From NCBI RefSeq assembly GCF_036321535.1, contig NC_087437.1, forward strand, positions 104,968,001 to 105,032,000: a DNA stretch of 64,000 nt, written 5' to 3'. Position numbers and translations under genes: made by a program. A model generated the notes under the pieces. The model did no database searches. It was not told where the DNA came from and worked only from the letters and a program-made list of their open reading frames with translations. Source of the DNA: Camelus dromedarius (Eukaryota). Shown one piece after another: positions 11,695 to 24,450 of this stretch. Within the stretch, counting starts at the first letter, position 1. Each line of letters opens with the position of its first letter.

Positions 11695-12567
11695 ATGAAG
11701 AAGCAGAAAAACCTTTCCCAATTAAAAGAACAAGAGAAATCCCCTGAAAGAAAGATCAACGAAATAGACATCGATAGCCTACTAGATCAAGATTTCAAAA
11801 AAGGAGTGATCAAATTGCTGAAGGAATTAAAAGAGATAGTGTTTAGAGATATAAAATATGTCAAAAATGAAATTGAAGCTATAAAGAAGAGCCAAGTAGA
11901 ATGGGTAAACTCATTGACAGAGATGAGGAATGACCTAATAGCTGTGCAAAGCCGACTAGATAATGCAGAGGAACGAATTAGTGATCTAGAAGACAGGGCA
12001 ATAGAAAGCACCCATTCAGAAGAACTACAAGAGAAGCAAATAAAAAATAATGAAAATAGCATAAGGGACCTATGGGATAATATAAAGCGTCCCAATCTTC
12101 GCATAATAGGGGTCCCAGAAGGAGAAGAAAGATCAAAGGGGATTGAAAAGGTTTTTGAAGAAATTATGACTGAAAACTTCCCAAACTTAAAGAAGGAATC
12201 AGATATCCAAGTACAGGAAGCTCAGAGGGTCCCAAACAGGAAGAACCCAAATAGACCCACACCAAGACATATCATAATCAAGATGGCCAGAGTCAAGGAT
12301 AAAGAAATGATTCTAAAGGCAGCAAGAGAAAAGCAAAGAGTAAGTTACAAGGGAACCCCCATAAGGCTCTCAGCTGATTTCTCTACACAAACACTACAGG
12401 CCAGAAGGGAGTGGCAAGATATATTCAAAGCCCTGAATGAAGAAAAGATGCAGCCTAGGATCCTTTATCCAGCAAGGCTATCCTTGATGATAGAAGGAGA
12501 AATAAAGAGTTTCACAGACAAGAAAAAGCTGCAGGAGTTTAGCAACACTAAACCCATGCTAAAATAA
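11695..12567 (+). CDS. L1 ORF1p (coiled coil, RRM, CTD; RNA-binding chaperone), ending at a probable premature stop 7 codons early
   Basis: 290 aa with heptad coiled coil, NLRIIGVPEGEE, RPTPRHIIIKM, AREKQ, ARR and YPARLS motifs. After the TAA the frame continues ILKGLF*. Confidence 0.96.
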   Translation: MKKQKNLSQLKEQEKSPERKINEIDIDSLLDQDFKKGVIKLLKELKEIVFRDIKYVKNEIEAIKKSQVEWVNSLTEMRNDLIAVQSRLDNAEERISDLEDRAIESTHSEELQEKQIKNNENSIRDLWDNIKRPNLRIIGVPEGEERSKGIEKVFEEIMTENFPNLKKESDIQVQEAQRVPNRKNPNRPTPRHIIIKMARVKDKEMILKAAREKQRVSYKGTPIRLSADFSTQTLQARREWQDIFKALNEEKMQPRILYPARLSLMIEGEIKSFTDKKKLQEFSNTKPMLK

Positions 12568-12992
12568 ATATTGAAAGGGCTATTCTAAATAGAAAAGCAG
12601 CAGGATGCTACAGAAATGAGAAACACACAACTGGAAAGGTGATAACTCATGAATTACAAATAAAGTAAACATGAAATTATAAAAGAAGACATACAAATCA
12701 CTGAGAGTGGGAGAGGGAGGCAGGGAAATATAGAATATTTTTTTCTTTCTTTTTTAAATTTTTTTAACAGTAGGATGGGTTTGAGATCATGTTACTATCA
12801 GTTTAATAAAAACAGTTACAGTAATGGGTTAACAGATTTACAAAAAAAGGTAACCACAAGCCAAAAATTTACAAAGGAGTCACAAAAATTAAATAAAATC
12901 CATGATAATACAAAGGAAAATTACCAAACCACAAAAGGAAGGAGAAAGGAACAAAGAGGATATACCAATTCAACTGCAAAGATAAGTTCAAA

Positions 12993-15900
12993 ATGGCAAT
13001 AAACACACATCTATCATTAATTAGTGTAAATGTTAATGGACTAAATGCTCCAGTCAAAAGACACAGAGTGGCAGACTGGATAATAAAGCAAGAACCTTCA
13101 ATATGCTGCATACAAGAGACCCACTTTAGGGAGAAGGACACATACAGATTGAGAGTGAAAGGATGGAAAAGGATATTCCATGCAAATGGAAAAGCCAAAA
13201 AAGCAGGTGTTGCAGTACTGATTTCAGACAAAATAGACTTTAAAACAAAGGCCATAAAGAAAGATAAAGAAGGACATTTTATAATGATTCAAGGAGTGAT
13301 ACAAGATGAGGATATTACACTCATTAATATATATGCACCCAATATAGGAGCACCTAAGTACATACAAGAACTACTAACAGAGATAAAGGGGGATATTGAT
13401 GGGAATACAATCATAGTTGGAGATTTTAACACTGCATTAACATCACTAGACAGATCTTCCAGACAGAAAATAAACAAGGCAACAGAGAAATTAAATACTA
13501 CAATAGAAAAACTAGATTTGGTGGATATTTTCAGAGCATTACACCCCCCAAAAATAGGATATACATTCTTTTCAAGTGCACATGGAACATTTTCGAGGAT
13601 CGATCGTGTACTTGGGCACAAAAGAAACCTCAACAATTTTAAGAAGATAGAAATTATCTCATGCATCTTTACTGACCACAATGCCATGAAACTGGAAATC
13701 AACAACAGAGAAACAAAGGAGAAAAAAAGGAAAGCATGGAGATTAAACAATATGTTATTGAAAAAACAATGGATCAATGAGGAAATCAAAGCTGAAATTA
13801 AAAAATACCTTGAGACAAATGATAATGAAAGCACAACCACTCAAAACCTATGGGACACAGCAAAGGCAGTGCTAAGAGGGAAGTTTATAGCGATACAGGC
13901 CTTCCTCAAAAAAGAAGAACAATCTCAAATAAACAATTTAAGCCACCACCTGAATGAATTAGAAAAAGAAGAACAAAAAGCCCCAAAAAGCAGCAGAAGG
14001 AAGGAAATAATAAAGATCAGAGAGGAATTAAATACAATAGAGATTAACAAGACCATAGAAAAAATCAACCAAACCAAAAGCTGGTTTTTTGAAAAAGTAA
14101 ATAAAATCGACAAACCTCTGGCCAAACTCACAAAGAAGAAAAAAGAGAGAGCACAAATTAGCAAAATAAGAAAGGAAAATGGAGAAATTACAACAAACAA
14201 AATAGAAATACAGAATATCATACGAGAATATTATGAAAAACTATATGGAACCAAACTGGATAAGCCAGAGGAGATGGACAAGTTTCTGGAAACATACGGT
14301 CCACCAAAACAGAATCAAGAAGAATCTGAACACTTGAACAATCTGATCACTAGAAAGGAAATAGAAATAGCAATTAAAAACCTCCCTACAAATAAAAGTC
14401 CAGGACCGGACGGCTTCACCGGGGAATTCTACCAAACATACAAAGAAGAACTCATACCAGTCCTTCTCAAACTCTTCCAGACAATTGAAAAGGAGGGAAT
14501 ACTCCCAAACTCATTCTATGAAGCCACCATCACCCTGATACCAAAACCAGGCAAAGACACTACAAAAAAAGAGAATTATAGGCCAATATCACTGATGAAC
14601 ATAGACGCCAAAATCCTCACCAAAATTTTAGCAAATAGAATCCAGCAACACATAAAAAAGATTATACATCATGACCAAGTGGGGTTCATCCCAGGGACAC
14701 AAGGCTGGTTCAACATACGCAAATCAATCAGTGTAATACATCACATCAACAAGAGAAAGGACAAAAACCACATGATCATCTCAATCGATGCAGAAAAAGC
14801 ATTTGATAAAATTCAACACCCATTTATGATAAAAACTCTCGCCAAAGTGGGTATAGAGGGAACATATCTCAACATAATAAAAGCTATATATGACAAACCT
14901 ACAGCCAGCATAGTACTCAACGGTGAAAAACTCAAAAGCTTCCCACTAAAATCTGGGACAAGACAAGGATGCCCAGTATCACCACTCCTATTCAACATAG
15001 TCCTGGAAGTCCTAGCCACAGCAGTCAGGCAAGAGAAAGAAATAAAAGGGATCCAAATCGGAAAAGAAGAGGTAAAAGTGTCATTATATGCTGATGACAT
15101 GTTACTATATATAGAAAACCCTAAAAGGTCCACACAAAAGCTATTAGAGCTGATTGAAGAATTCAGCAAGGTAGCAGGTTACAAAATTAACATTCAAAAA
15201 TCAGTTGCATTTCTTTACACTAACGATAAATCAACAGAAGAAGAAAGTAAAGAAACAATCCCCTTTAAAATAGCACCCAAAGTAATAAAATATCTGGGAA
15301 TAAATCTAACCAAGGAGGTGAAAGAATTATACACAGAAAACTATAAACCATTGATAAAGGAAATTAAAGAAGACTTTAAAAAATGGAAAGATATTCCATG
15401 CTCTTGGATTGGAAGAATCAATATTGTTAAAATGGTCACACTGCCCAAGGCAATGTACAGATTTAATGCAATCCCTATCCAATTACCCAGGACATATTTC
15501 ACAGAACTAGAACAAACCATAATAAAATTTATATGGAACCATCAAAGACCTAGAATTGCCAAAGCATTACTGAAGAGAAAGAAAGAGGCTGGAGGAATAA
15601 CTCTCCCAGACTTCAGACAATACTATAGAGCTACAGTCATCAAGACAGCATGGTACTGGTACCAAAACAGACATATAGACCAATGGAACAGAATAGAGAG
15701 CCCAGAAATGAACCCACAAACTTTTGGTCAACTCATCTTCGACAAAGGAGGCAAGAATATACAATGGAATAAAGACAGTCTCTTCAGCAAATGGTGTTGG
15801 GAAAACTGGACAGCAGCATGTAAAACAATGAAGCTAGAACACTCCCTTACACCATATACAAAAATCAACTCAAAATGGATTAAAGACTTAAACATAAGAC

Positions 15901-16790
15901 AAGATACAATAAACCTCCTAGAGGAAAACATAGGCAAAACATTATCTGACATACATCTCAAAAATTTTCTCCTAGAAGAAATAAAAGCAAGAATAAACAA
16001 ATGGGACCTAATGAAACTTACAAGCTTCTGCACAGCAAAGGAAACCAGAAGTAAAACAAGAAGAAAACCTACGGAATGGGAGAAAATTTTTGCAAGTGAA
16101 ACCGACAAAGGCTTGATCTCCAGAATATATAAGCAGCTCATACGACTCAATAAGAAAAAAATAAACAACCCAATCCAAAAATGGGCAGAAGACCTAAACA
16201 AGCAATTCTCCAAGGAAGACTTACAAATGATCAAAAGGCACATGAAAAAATGCTCAATATCACTAATTATCAGAGAAATGCAAATCAAAACTACAATGAG
16301 GTATCACCTCACACCAGTCAGAATGGCCATCATTCAAAAATCCACAAATGACAAATGCTGGAGAGGCTGTGGAGAAAGGGGAACCCTCCTACATTGCTGG
16401 TGGGAATGCAGTTTGGTGCAGCCACTATGGAAAACAGTGTGGAGATTCCTCAAAAGTCTAGGAATAGACTTACCATATGACCCAAGAATCCCACTCCTGG
16501 GCTTGTATCCAGAAGGAAATCTACTTCAGGATGACACCTGCACCCCAATGTTCATAGTAGCACTATTTACAATAGCCAAAACATGGAAACAGCCTAAATG
16601 TCCATCAACAGGTGACCGGATAAAGAAGAGGTGGTATATTTATACAATGGAATACTACTCAGCCATAAAAACCGACAACATAATGCCATTTGCAGCAACA
16701 TGGATGCTCCTGGAGAATGTCATTCTAAGTGAAGTAAGCCAGAAAGAGAAAGAAAAATACCATATGAGATCGCTCATATGTGGAATCTAA
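12993..16790 (+). CDS. L1 ORF2p (APE endonuclease, reverse transcriptase, C-terminal Cys-rich domain)
   Basis: Uninterrupted 1265 aa. EN motifs NVNGLN, QETH, YAPN, GDFN, SRID, TDHN; RT motifs QGCP and YADD; C-terminal CWRGC..HCWWEC. Confidence 0.98.
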   Translation: MAINTHLSLISVNVNGLNAPVKRHRVADWIIKQEPSICCIQETHFREKDTYRLRVKGWKRIFHANGKAKKAGVAVLISDKIDFKTKAIKKDKEGHFIMIQGVIQDEDITLINIYAPNIGAPKYIQELLTEIKGDIDGNTIIVGDFNTALTSLDRSSRQKINKATEKLNTTIEKLDLVDIFRALHPPKIGYTFFSSAHGTFSRIDRVLGHKRNLNNFKKIEIISCIFTDHNAMKLEINNRETKEKKRKAWRLNNMLLKKQWINEEIKAEIKKYLETNDNESTTTQNLWDTAKAVLRGKFIAIQAFLKKEEQSQINNLSHHLNELEKEEQKAPKSSRRKEIIKIREELNTIEINKTIEKINQTKSWFFEKVNKIDKPLAKLTKKKKERAQISKIRKENGEITTNKIEIQNIIREYYEKLYGTKLDKPEEMDKFLETYGPPKQNQEESEHLNNLITRKEIEIAIKNLPTNKSPGPDGFTGEFYQTYKEELIPVLLKLFQTIEKEGILPNSFYEATITLIPKPGKDTTKKENYRPISLMNIDAKILTKILANRIQQHIKKIIHHDQVGFIPGTQGWFNIRKSISVIHHINKRKDKNHMIISIDAEKAFDKIQHPFMIKTLAKVGIEGTYLNIIKAIYDKPTASIVLNGEKLKSFPLKSGTRQGCPVSPLLFNIVLEVLATAVRQEKEIKGIQIGKEEVKVSLYADDMLLYIENPKRSTQKLLELIEEFSKVAGYKINIQKSVAFLYTNDKSTEEESKETIPFKIAPKVIKYLGINLTKEVKELYTENYKPLIKEIKEDFKKWKDIPCSWIGRINIVKMVTLPKAMYRFNAIPIQLPRTYFTELEQTIIKFIWNHQRPRIAKALLKRKKEAGGITLPDFRQYYRATVIKTAWYWYQNRHIDQWNRIESPEMNPQTFGQLIFDKGGKNIQWNKDSLFSKWCWENWTAACKTMKLEHSLTPYTKINSKWIKDLNIRQDTINLLEENIGKTLSDIHLKNFLLEEIKARINKWDLMKLTSFCTAKETRSKTRRKPTEWEKIFASETDKGLISRIYKQLIRLNKKKINNPIQKWAEDLNKQFSKEDLQMIKRHMKKCSISLIIREMQIKTTMRYHLTPVRMAIIQKSTNDKCWRGCGERGTLLHCWWECSLVQPLWKTVWRFLKSLGIDLPYDPRIPLLGLYPEGNLLQDDTCTPMFIVALFTIAKTWKQPKCPSTGDRIKKRWYIYTMEYYSAIKTDNIMPFAATWMLLENVILSEVSQKEKEKYHMRSLICGI

Positions 16791-16885
16791 AAAACAAAAA
16801 CAAAAACAAACAAACAAACAAAAACAAAGCATAAATACAGGACAGAAATAGACTCACAGACAGAGAATACAGACTTGTGGTTACC

Positions 16886-16919
16886 GGGGGGGGTGGAGGG
16901 TGGGAAGGGATAGACTGGG
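16886..16919 (+). other. G-rich tract (potential G-quadruplex) in L1 3'UTR
   Basis: GGGGGGGGTGGAGGGTGGGAAGGG...GGG has four or more G-runs; such tracts are a known L1 3'UTR feature. Confidence 0.7.
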
Positions 16920-18524
16920 ATTTCAAAATTGTAGAATAGATTACACTGTATAGCACAGGGAAATATACACAAAATGTTATGATAACTCACAGAGAAAAAA
17001 ATGTGACAATGAGTGTGTATATGTCCATGAATGACTGAAAATTCATGCTGAACACTGGAATTTGACACAACATTGTAAAATGATTATAAATCAATAAAAA
17101 ATGTTAAAAAAAACTTCTTTCATCAAACACATGACATATTTATATTTTTCACTGCAGAAAGCAAATAAAACCCTTGTTTACCAAGATGCTGCTATAGGTT
17201 GTGTATCATTCAGGAAGTAGATTTTTCTAAGAAATTAATCTGCTTCTTTTTAAGCCTAAAACATTTAAGGTTTTCAGAAATGCACATTAAAGTTTATGAG
17301 GAATATGACATTTCCAAAAAGAATGACTGAGCTTTTGAATGCCAAAGGCGTCTCTAAAATTTAAATGGTATTTAACCGACAGCACATAGCCTAGGGTTGG
17401 GTCTAGTATGTGAAATCTTAGTAATGAGACTTGCTAGTTAATTCTTTACTCGGTGTCTCTAAAGACTATCTGCAAGTAGTATTTATTTTAATCTTCAGAT
17501 CTACAGAAAAAGTATATTTCACCTTTCAATTCCATCCATTCTTAATGATTTCTATCACAAAATTAGCTGTCACTTATAATGCAATATCCCCCCAAAATGT
17601 ACTTGAAATAAACGCCAAAGGTGGACATGCAGAAGTAAGAGAATCACTGACTTTCACTGACTTTAGACAACTTAATAACTGACATGATTTTTCCAGGCAG
17701 AACACTTTTAAAACCAAATATATATTGATTAAATAACTACCAAAAAACAAAACAAAACAAAAAATGCAGCATTAGTATACAACCCATTTCATAGCAGGGA
17801 CAAACTATTAAAGTTGTCAGCAATTGATTTTTTTGTTAGAGACAGATCCTTGACGTTACATTTTACAGCTATAAAAACTAAAGCAAACAAAAAATAAATA
17901 AATGAATAAACCTTCCTGGGTGGAAGTTGAGGTTGTCTCTGGACAGACCCTCCCTCAGTGAAGAGATGGACCACTTTGTTGAGTTTATTCAAACCCGCAG
18001 AATATTCTCAGAGAAGCCTTACTGCTGTCTTAGAAAGATACATCATACAACTGTGATGGCCTAGCCTGCTCTAGGCCACATAAAGCATTCAGGAGTCAGA
18101 CTAGTGACGTCCCCTGATGGAAGTGGTGTTTCAAAGCTCAATCGTTCAGGGTAAACCAAGGCAGCAGGTTTTAGTCTGGGCCTAGGAAGGACTTTTTCTC
18201 TCTGAATACAAGGATTGGAGCTTGAACTCCAGAGAAGGACAAAACATTTGAACTGGACTCCTGTAAAGTGAAAACCAACTGTTGAGAAATGGTGAGTGAC
18301 TGGAAAAAGTGGATGGATGAGTGCAGCAAAAACTAAAGGATTCTGGTGGAGAAAGAACAGTAAAACCTAGTAACCAGTTTGTGCATGTGTGTGCTTTTAT
18401 TTATTTTTTGCGTTTTAATTTCACTCTAATGTTTCAAATATTTCAAAAAAATTTTTTTTTAATGTTTTTATCCTATAGTCTCATTCTGGATTTTCTTTAG
18501 TGAATGGCATATTTGTGCTTGTGT

Positions 18525-18526
<2 letters not shown>

Positions 18527-18555
<29 letters not shown>
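18527..18555. repeat. (TG)n microsatellite
   Basis: Directly visible. Confidence 0.95.
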
Positions 18556-18557
<2 letters not shown>

Positions 18558-19964
18558 CTGTGCATAAAAATGTTAGGGGGGAGGATTCAAAGTATGACTT
18601 GGCCTCTGATATAATGATATGTGCACAAGGCCACTGCCTGGGAGATGGTTTTAAAAGAGTAAAAACTGATCACCAGAGACGTAGGCGTGTCAAGCAAGAG
18701 ATGACAAAAATATACATCAGATGAATATGCTACAGATATAATCATTTTTGGGACTACACACAATTACCTAGGACAGGATTCTATAAAAATCAGGATCTTA
18801 AAGCCATCACACAGAGAGACAACCCAAGCTATGTGCTACATTATCTGGTTTATAAAGACAACAGTGACCCCTGAAGGTTTTCATTCAATTTTTACACTTA
18901 AGAAGATATTAAAAAGTTAGACAGAAGAGAATGAAACTCAGGCAACTGCTTACCCCCAGAGCCCTCTTTCCACTTGTCAATATTTCCCAGAAACATAAGC
19001 AACCTGGAAACCCCTGTTCTTGCTGAGGTTATTCTGTTACAGTAATTGCAAAATTCACTTTTTCATGCTTCGGTTTGCTTTATTTGCTCACTATTGCATT
19101 AATCAGAAATTACATCTCATGTGGATTAGGACCATGAAAAACATAAGATATAAACCCAAAGCTTTAGATTGTAACTTTTTTGTTTTCATCTGCAGTACCG
19201 CCTTTTGTTTTGTGTCTTATTGTTTCATTTCTCTCAAATGCAAGAAAAAATCAAAGTCAGTGGATAAAGCTGTTGACCTGGATTCCCCTTGAAAAGGCTG
19301 TCAGGTCAGCAAACATCAACTACAGATAAGCAATCTCCTTTGCTTTAGACAGAACCCTTATAATTGTATTGCCATCTATATGTTTTAATCATTTAGAAAA
19401 AAAATTCCCTAGTCTGCTCTCTGTTCCATGCGGGTAGCTTAGCTTCAACTTTCTAATCCTCTTTGCTTTTCATTCCCAGTGGGCTAATGGATCCTTCCCA
19501 TTGGCAAGCAACTCTGTTGTAAAATCAGGGAATAATAGAAACCTGGGACTAAATCTGACATCAAATCACCTTCCAGCGTGATAATAGCTCATACATCACC
19601 CCAACAACTAATAAGTATGATTTTGGGAAAACAGGTTGCTACCTCTATTTGGTTTCAAGATACGTTGAACCATCCCAAAGAGGAAATTATCTTTAATGTC
19701 TGTAGATTTTAAAAATATATAAAACACACTTAAAAACTTGAACTAAGTAAAATGCTCTTCTGGAGAACTGCAAACATTCATTTCCAGGTCATTGACAAGT
19801 TTTTAATATCGTGTTAAGTCACATTTAATAATTTCGCTAACTAGGATGGCAATGCTTACGAAAAATACAGTATATATTATATTGCATCTTGAATATGACT
19901 TTTCAGATAGCCTTTTTTCTCAATGCTTGAAACAATCTGATCACACTTTAAATAAGAAATGTAA

Positions 19965-20850
19965 AAGTTATTTTTTAATTAAAAAGTAATTATAGATTTA
20001 TAAGCATTTTCAAGAAATAGTACAGAGAGATCGGTTTAGTTTTCACCCAGTTTCTCCCAATACATAAGCAACTGTAGCACATTATCCAAACCAGGAAATT
20101 GGCATTGGTACAACACGTGTGTTGCATGTGATCCATTTTATCACATGTGTGGCTTTGTTTCATAACCATAACAATCGAGTTACAGGAATATTCTATCACA
20201 ACAGAGCTCTCCCTCAAGTTTCTTCTTTAGAGACACAGGCATCTTCACTTCCTCACTCTACCCTTGTGATGGGTAATCTTCTACATCAGCCTGAGTGAGC
20301 CATGAGGTGGCAGGTTGTTTGGTGAACCATTATTATGGGCGTGTCCGTGAGGCAAATTCTGGATGAGGTTAACATCTGAATCAGTAGACAGGTAAAGCAG
20401 ACTACCCTCCCTAGTGAGGGTGGGCCTCATCCCATCCACAGATGACCTTAGTAGAATAAAAGGCTGAGTAAAAGACTCAATATCTTCCTCTTTGTGTGAC
20501 TCTCTGTGACCTGGGGCATCAGTCTTCTGCCTCTGGATTCAAATTTTGACTGGAACTTACAGCCTTGGCTCTCCTCGCTCTCTGACCTTCAGACTCAGAT
20601 GGGAACCAAACCCTCAGCTTTCCTGGGTCTTTTCAACATTTAACCTTTCTAACAACCACTAATCTGCTTTCTAGCTCCATAAATTTGTCATCTAAATCAT
20701 TTTATATAAAGGGAATCCTTTATTATATCACCTCTTGAGCCTGATTTTTTTTTCAGTGTATTGACTTTGAGATCCATCCAAGATATTGTGTGTCTAAATG
20801 GTGTATTACTTTTCATTGCCTAGTAGTATTCCATAAGCTATGTTTGTCAA
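19965..20850 (-). mobile_element. Old L1 (L1MB/MC-like) 3' fragment interrupted by an MLT2 LTR
   Basis: AAATAGTACAGAGAGATC..TTTCACCCAGTTTCTCCCAAT..AAACCAGGAAATTGGCATTGGTACA; resumes ~20640 with ACAACCACTAATCTG...GAGATCCATCCAAG. Confidence 0.65.
20265..20632 (+). mobile_element. MLT2 (ERVL) LTR, partial
   Basis: Starts TGTGATGGGTAAT..; GGATGAGGTTAACATCTGAATCAGTAGAC..AAAGCAGACTACCCTCCCTAGTGAGGGTGGGCCTCATC matches recalled MLT2. Confidence 0.75.
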
Positions 20851-21449
20851 AGTTTAATTCCTCTGTCTTCTTCATAAATTACATAAATAGAATTTTCTCT
20901 TAGATTAAGACAGAAACTTTTGGAATTAGCACATTATACGTACACACTACCACACATGCACACACATACTCACATGCACACATATGTACATGAAGTTTAT
21001 GCATGCACAAAAGCACACACACATAAACATATGTGCATAAACATTATGTTGGGATCTGCTTTGATTTCTTATTGTTTTAAAAATGCTTATATTTTAATTC
21101 CTGCCAATAATCCCCCCCCCCTTTTTGCATTAAGATCATGTTGATGGCTTAAATGCCTCCTATCTTACAATTCTACTCCCCTTCAGGAACTACCCTCAAA
21201 TTACCTACTGGCCACTTGACCAACTGCAGCTATGTTGGGCTTGCTAGGGAATGAGGGATTATTGTGTGGAGAAAATGCAAGATGAGGCTAACATATGTCT
21301 TTAAGCAACAGAATAGTGTCTAAGGCACTGGGTTCTGTGGTACTAGATAAGAGGTTGCAATACAAAGTTTAACAAAGACTAGTTATCAATATGGGAACAC
21401 ACTCCATTGAATAGAGAGTAATTAATTCCAAATGAGAAAGAAGGCAGGG

Positions 21450-24400
21450 CGGCTTAGAAAATATTTCATAGGGAACATGTATTGAAGCTCAGCTTAAGAA
21501 GGATTTAACATCCTAGCAAACACCTTGGGTGTCCATTCTAATAGGTCCCCAGGATGGCCTTTGAAAATTTGGAAGACTTGATGGTGCACACTGATTGAAG
21601 CAGAAATGACAGAATTATGATGGCCTTGAGGGATAGCTTCAAAAATTCAGAGAAGTAGACTAAGAAACTCTTTTGTTGATTGTGTCTCAAAGTAAGATCC
21701 AGGGGACATTATGTTTACCAGAACATTAAAGGATCATCAAAGGATCAGAAGTGACAAGGCATCAGAATGGTTTAGAAGTTCACAATGGTGGTTCCATAGG
21801 ACTGAGAATAGATAATGTTATTTCAGAACTGAGCTCCCTGATAGCAATGAGGATAGTAAGATTTCAAAATGATACAAGCTAAGAAATGGTATTGAACAGC
21901 AGAAGCAAGTGAGTGCAGACATCCCAATTAGGATCAGAGTGGAGTGCTAATCAGGGCATTTCTGTCTATACACAGCCAAGGAAAAGTTGAATAAAACACA
22001 GTGTTTCTCAAAACACAGGACAGTTGGGCAGAATATCAAAAAGATGTCAAGATCAGATAATGTGATAGACTGAATAATGAGTCCCAAAGATGTGAAAGGT
22101 AAGAGGGAGGTAGAGAGAGGTACAATTAAGAAGAGAGAAGGCAATGTGACATCAGCAAAAGGAAAAATATTTGAAGATGATAGGCTGAGAGCTTTGAAGG
22201 GGCCGTAAGTCCAGCAATGGAAGAAATACAGCTCTAAAGGCCAGAAAAGGCAAGGGAAGAAATTCTCTCCCAGAGTCTTCAGAGGGAGCAGGACCTGCAG
22301 TCGCCGTGGTTTCAGGCTAGTTAAACTTGTTTTAGACTTCTGGCCTCTAGAACTCTAAGAAAATTAATTTGTCTTGTTTTAAGACACCGAGTTTGGGGTA
22401 GTTTGTTAGAGCAGCTGTGGGAATCTAATATTAATTATCAGAGGGCTGAAGATAGTCACCAAAATAAAGTGTCACAGTGCCTTGCCTGGTGTGTAGACGT
22501 AAGCCAGTTTTCAGTCCAGAATCCATGGCTTTGTAGGGGTTTTCTTCTAACCAGGTGATGGAAGACGCAAAAAAATCAAGCTGGCATCAAAAATGGGTCA
22601 GCTCAGTAAGCGTGTACAATCCCAAAATGGAAGCTATTGTATTGCAGCCTCACTCAGGAGGCCTTGAAAGACTGCAGTGACGAGAAAGCCTCCCAATGTG
22701 GTATAATGAGCAGTACGTCCAGTTATCCACCCAATATATAGGAAAAGAGAACTGACACGTGGTAAGTGTGTACACAGACTTAGAGGCAAGAACTGCCAAC
22801 TAGCCCAGCTAGTCGGGCATGGGTCTTAAAGGAGAAACAAAGACTGGAAAGATAAAGCAAGATAAAGTGAGAGGAGGAGGCACGTAGTTGGACTTACAGA
22901 AATGGTCATGAAGGGGGAGGATCTTTGTAGCTTATATTAGCAACCACCACTATGTTGCTTGAAGTCAGCCAGCCTCTGTCATCTGCCAGCCCAGAGCTGG
23001 CACAAAGGGTCCATGAATGAAGTGACCGTTGAGTCAGGGATGAAGGCACATGGAGTACAGCTCTGTAGCAGCGTGTGCTCCCACTCACCAAGACTCCTCT
23101 AGTTACTGCTGCTGCTTGGTGATCAACCATGAACACCAATCCTTAGTCCCTACAGTGTTCATCCTTCAAGTAGACCAGTCACTCACTTGTCGGCAATATT
23201 ATTGCATTGAACCCTTCCCATCCTAGAAAAGGCAGTGGATTATGTTCGCTAGGATCAACACACATTCTAGGAACGGGTTTGCTTTCCCTACCTACAGGGC
23301 CTTGGTCAATATCAATATTTAAGGAATTACAGGGAGTAGAATCAACAACAGAGGATTTCACAGAACATGGTCTAAGACTAAGGGATCCATTCAACAGTAA
23401 GGGGGAGGGTGTGGGGTTGATTAGGTAAATAACTCTGGGGTATTTTGGTCCTATCACATTCTACACCATGCAGTAGCCATTTGTGTCTTAGAACTTGTAA
23501 ATAAAAGTGAGACGCCAGCTTAAGAACAATAACTTTTTGAAGACTGGGCATCTTCCAGGACAAAATAATTACCCTAAATCATGGGCCAGTATATGTTTCT
23601 GTGTTCTTAATAGGTAGAGTTATCAATGAGACAAAAAAAAAAAAAAAAAGATAAAAGTGAGAATAACTACTTAAAATTTCTCCAAGTGGCACAAATGGGC
23701 ATTTGTTCTTTTTTTGCAGGTCCATATTTTCTGGTCCCCAGAGGGAGAATGCTCCCAACAGTGAATGTAACATGAGTCCTATGAAACTTGCTAGACAGGG
23801 GCTCAAATCCCTCAGTGATGAGGGCTGGGATCACTCAAGCAGGCAAGCCAAACAGATGAGCAGGGGCACAAGGGGAAACAGAGCTAAGTGACAAGGGGGA
23901 TGACTACCAAAAAGCGTCTCAAGATCAATTACAGCAGCATGGATTTTAGTTCTTTCCACTGAACATAAAAGTGAAACTGGTAGATGCCAGTATTAGGCAA
24001 AATTATTAAAATATATATGTAGATCTGAGTGGTGCAAGGGGTAGATTATAGGGGATGCCCTGGTTCTCTGACCAGATATCCTTCTTCAAGTCCAATGCAT
24101 TCATCCCCTAGGAGTATCATCAGTTGCACTGATCACTGGAATGACTCTTAGCAACAGAAAACTGACTCAACCAAAGTTACATCCCCTCCTGAGATAGCCC
24201 TCAGTGAATGTCTGGCTGGTGTGGTGCTACAGGGGCCCAGCTGCTTTGCTTCAATTTGGGACAAAACTGAAGAACCATGACACCTCCAGAGCTCTCTTTA
24301 AGATAGGCTGGTCTTCATTTGCAAACACATTGCAACCCTGGAAGTTTAAACACTGAAGATGACTTTGCCTGTCTTCCTCACTTTCTTACGAATTTATCTA

Positions 24401-24450
24401 CCAAAAAGCACTTGCCAACAAACTCAGTCCAAGGGAACTTATTCATAGAC
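21450..24450 (+). mobile_element. Degraded ERVL provirus relic (internal fragments plus LTR16-like 3' LTR at ~24040-24450)
   Basis: Decayed ERVL-like internal segments, a purine tract GGTGCAAGGGG(G)TAGA just before an LTR16-like sequence (CCAAAGTTACATCCCCTCC..GCTTCAATTTGGGACAAAACTGAAG). No ORFs remain. Confidence 0.55.
22050..22430 (+). mobile_element. MLT1D-like MaLR LTR nested in the ERVL relic
   Basis: GAAAAGGCAAGGGAAGAAATTCTCTCCCAGAGTCTTCAGAGGGAGC..TTTTAGACTTCTGGCCTCTAGAACT..GTAGTTTGTTAGAGCAGC..AATCTAATA. Confidence 0.75.

Larger units (their letters stand above)
10005..17110 (+). mobile_element. Full-length LINE-1 retrotransposon (~7.1 kb)
   Basis: Perfect 14-bp TSD AAACTTCTTTCATC at 9991-10004 and 17111-17124. 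Contains a CpG-rich 5'UTR, ORF1, a ~400-nt inter-ORF spacer, ORF2, a 3'UTR with G-tract, AATAAA (17093-17098) and a short A tail. Confidence 0.99.

Noticed and set aside
11787..17068. Minus-strand ORFs opposite L1 ORF1/ORF2 (up to 186 aa)
   Set aside because: These are typical shadow ORFs on the antisense strand of A-rich L1 coding sequence, with no recognisable domains.
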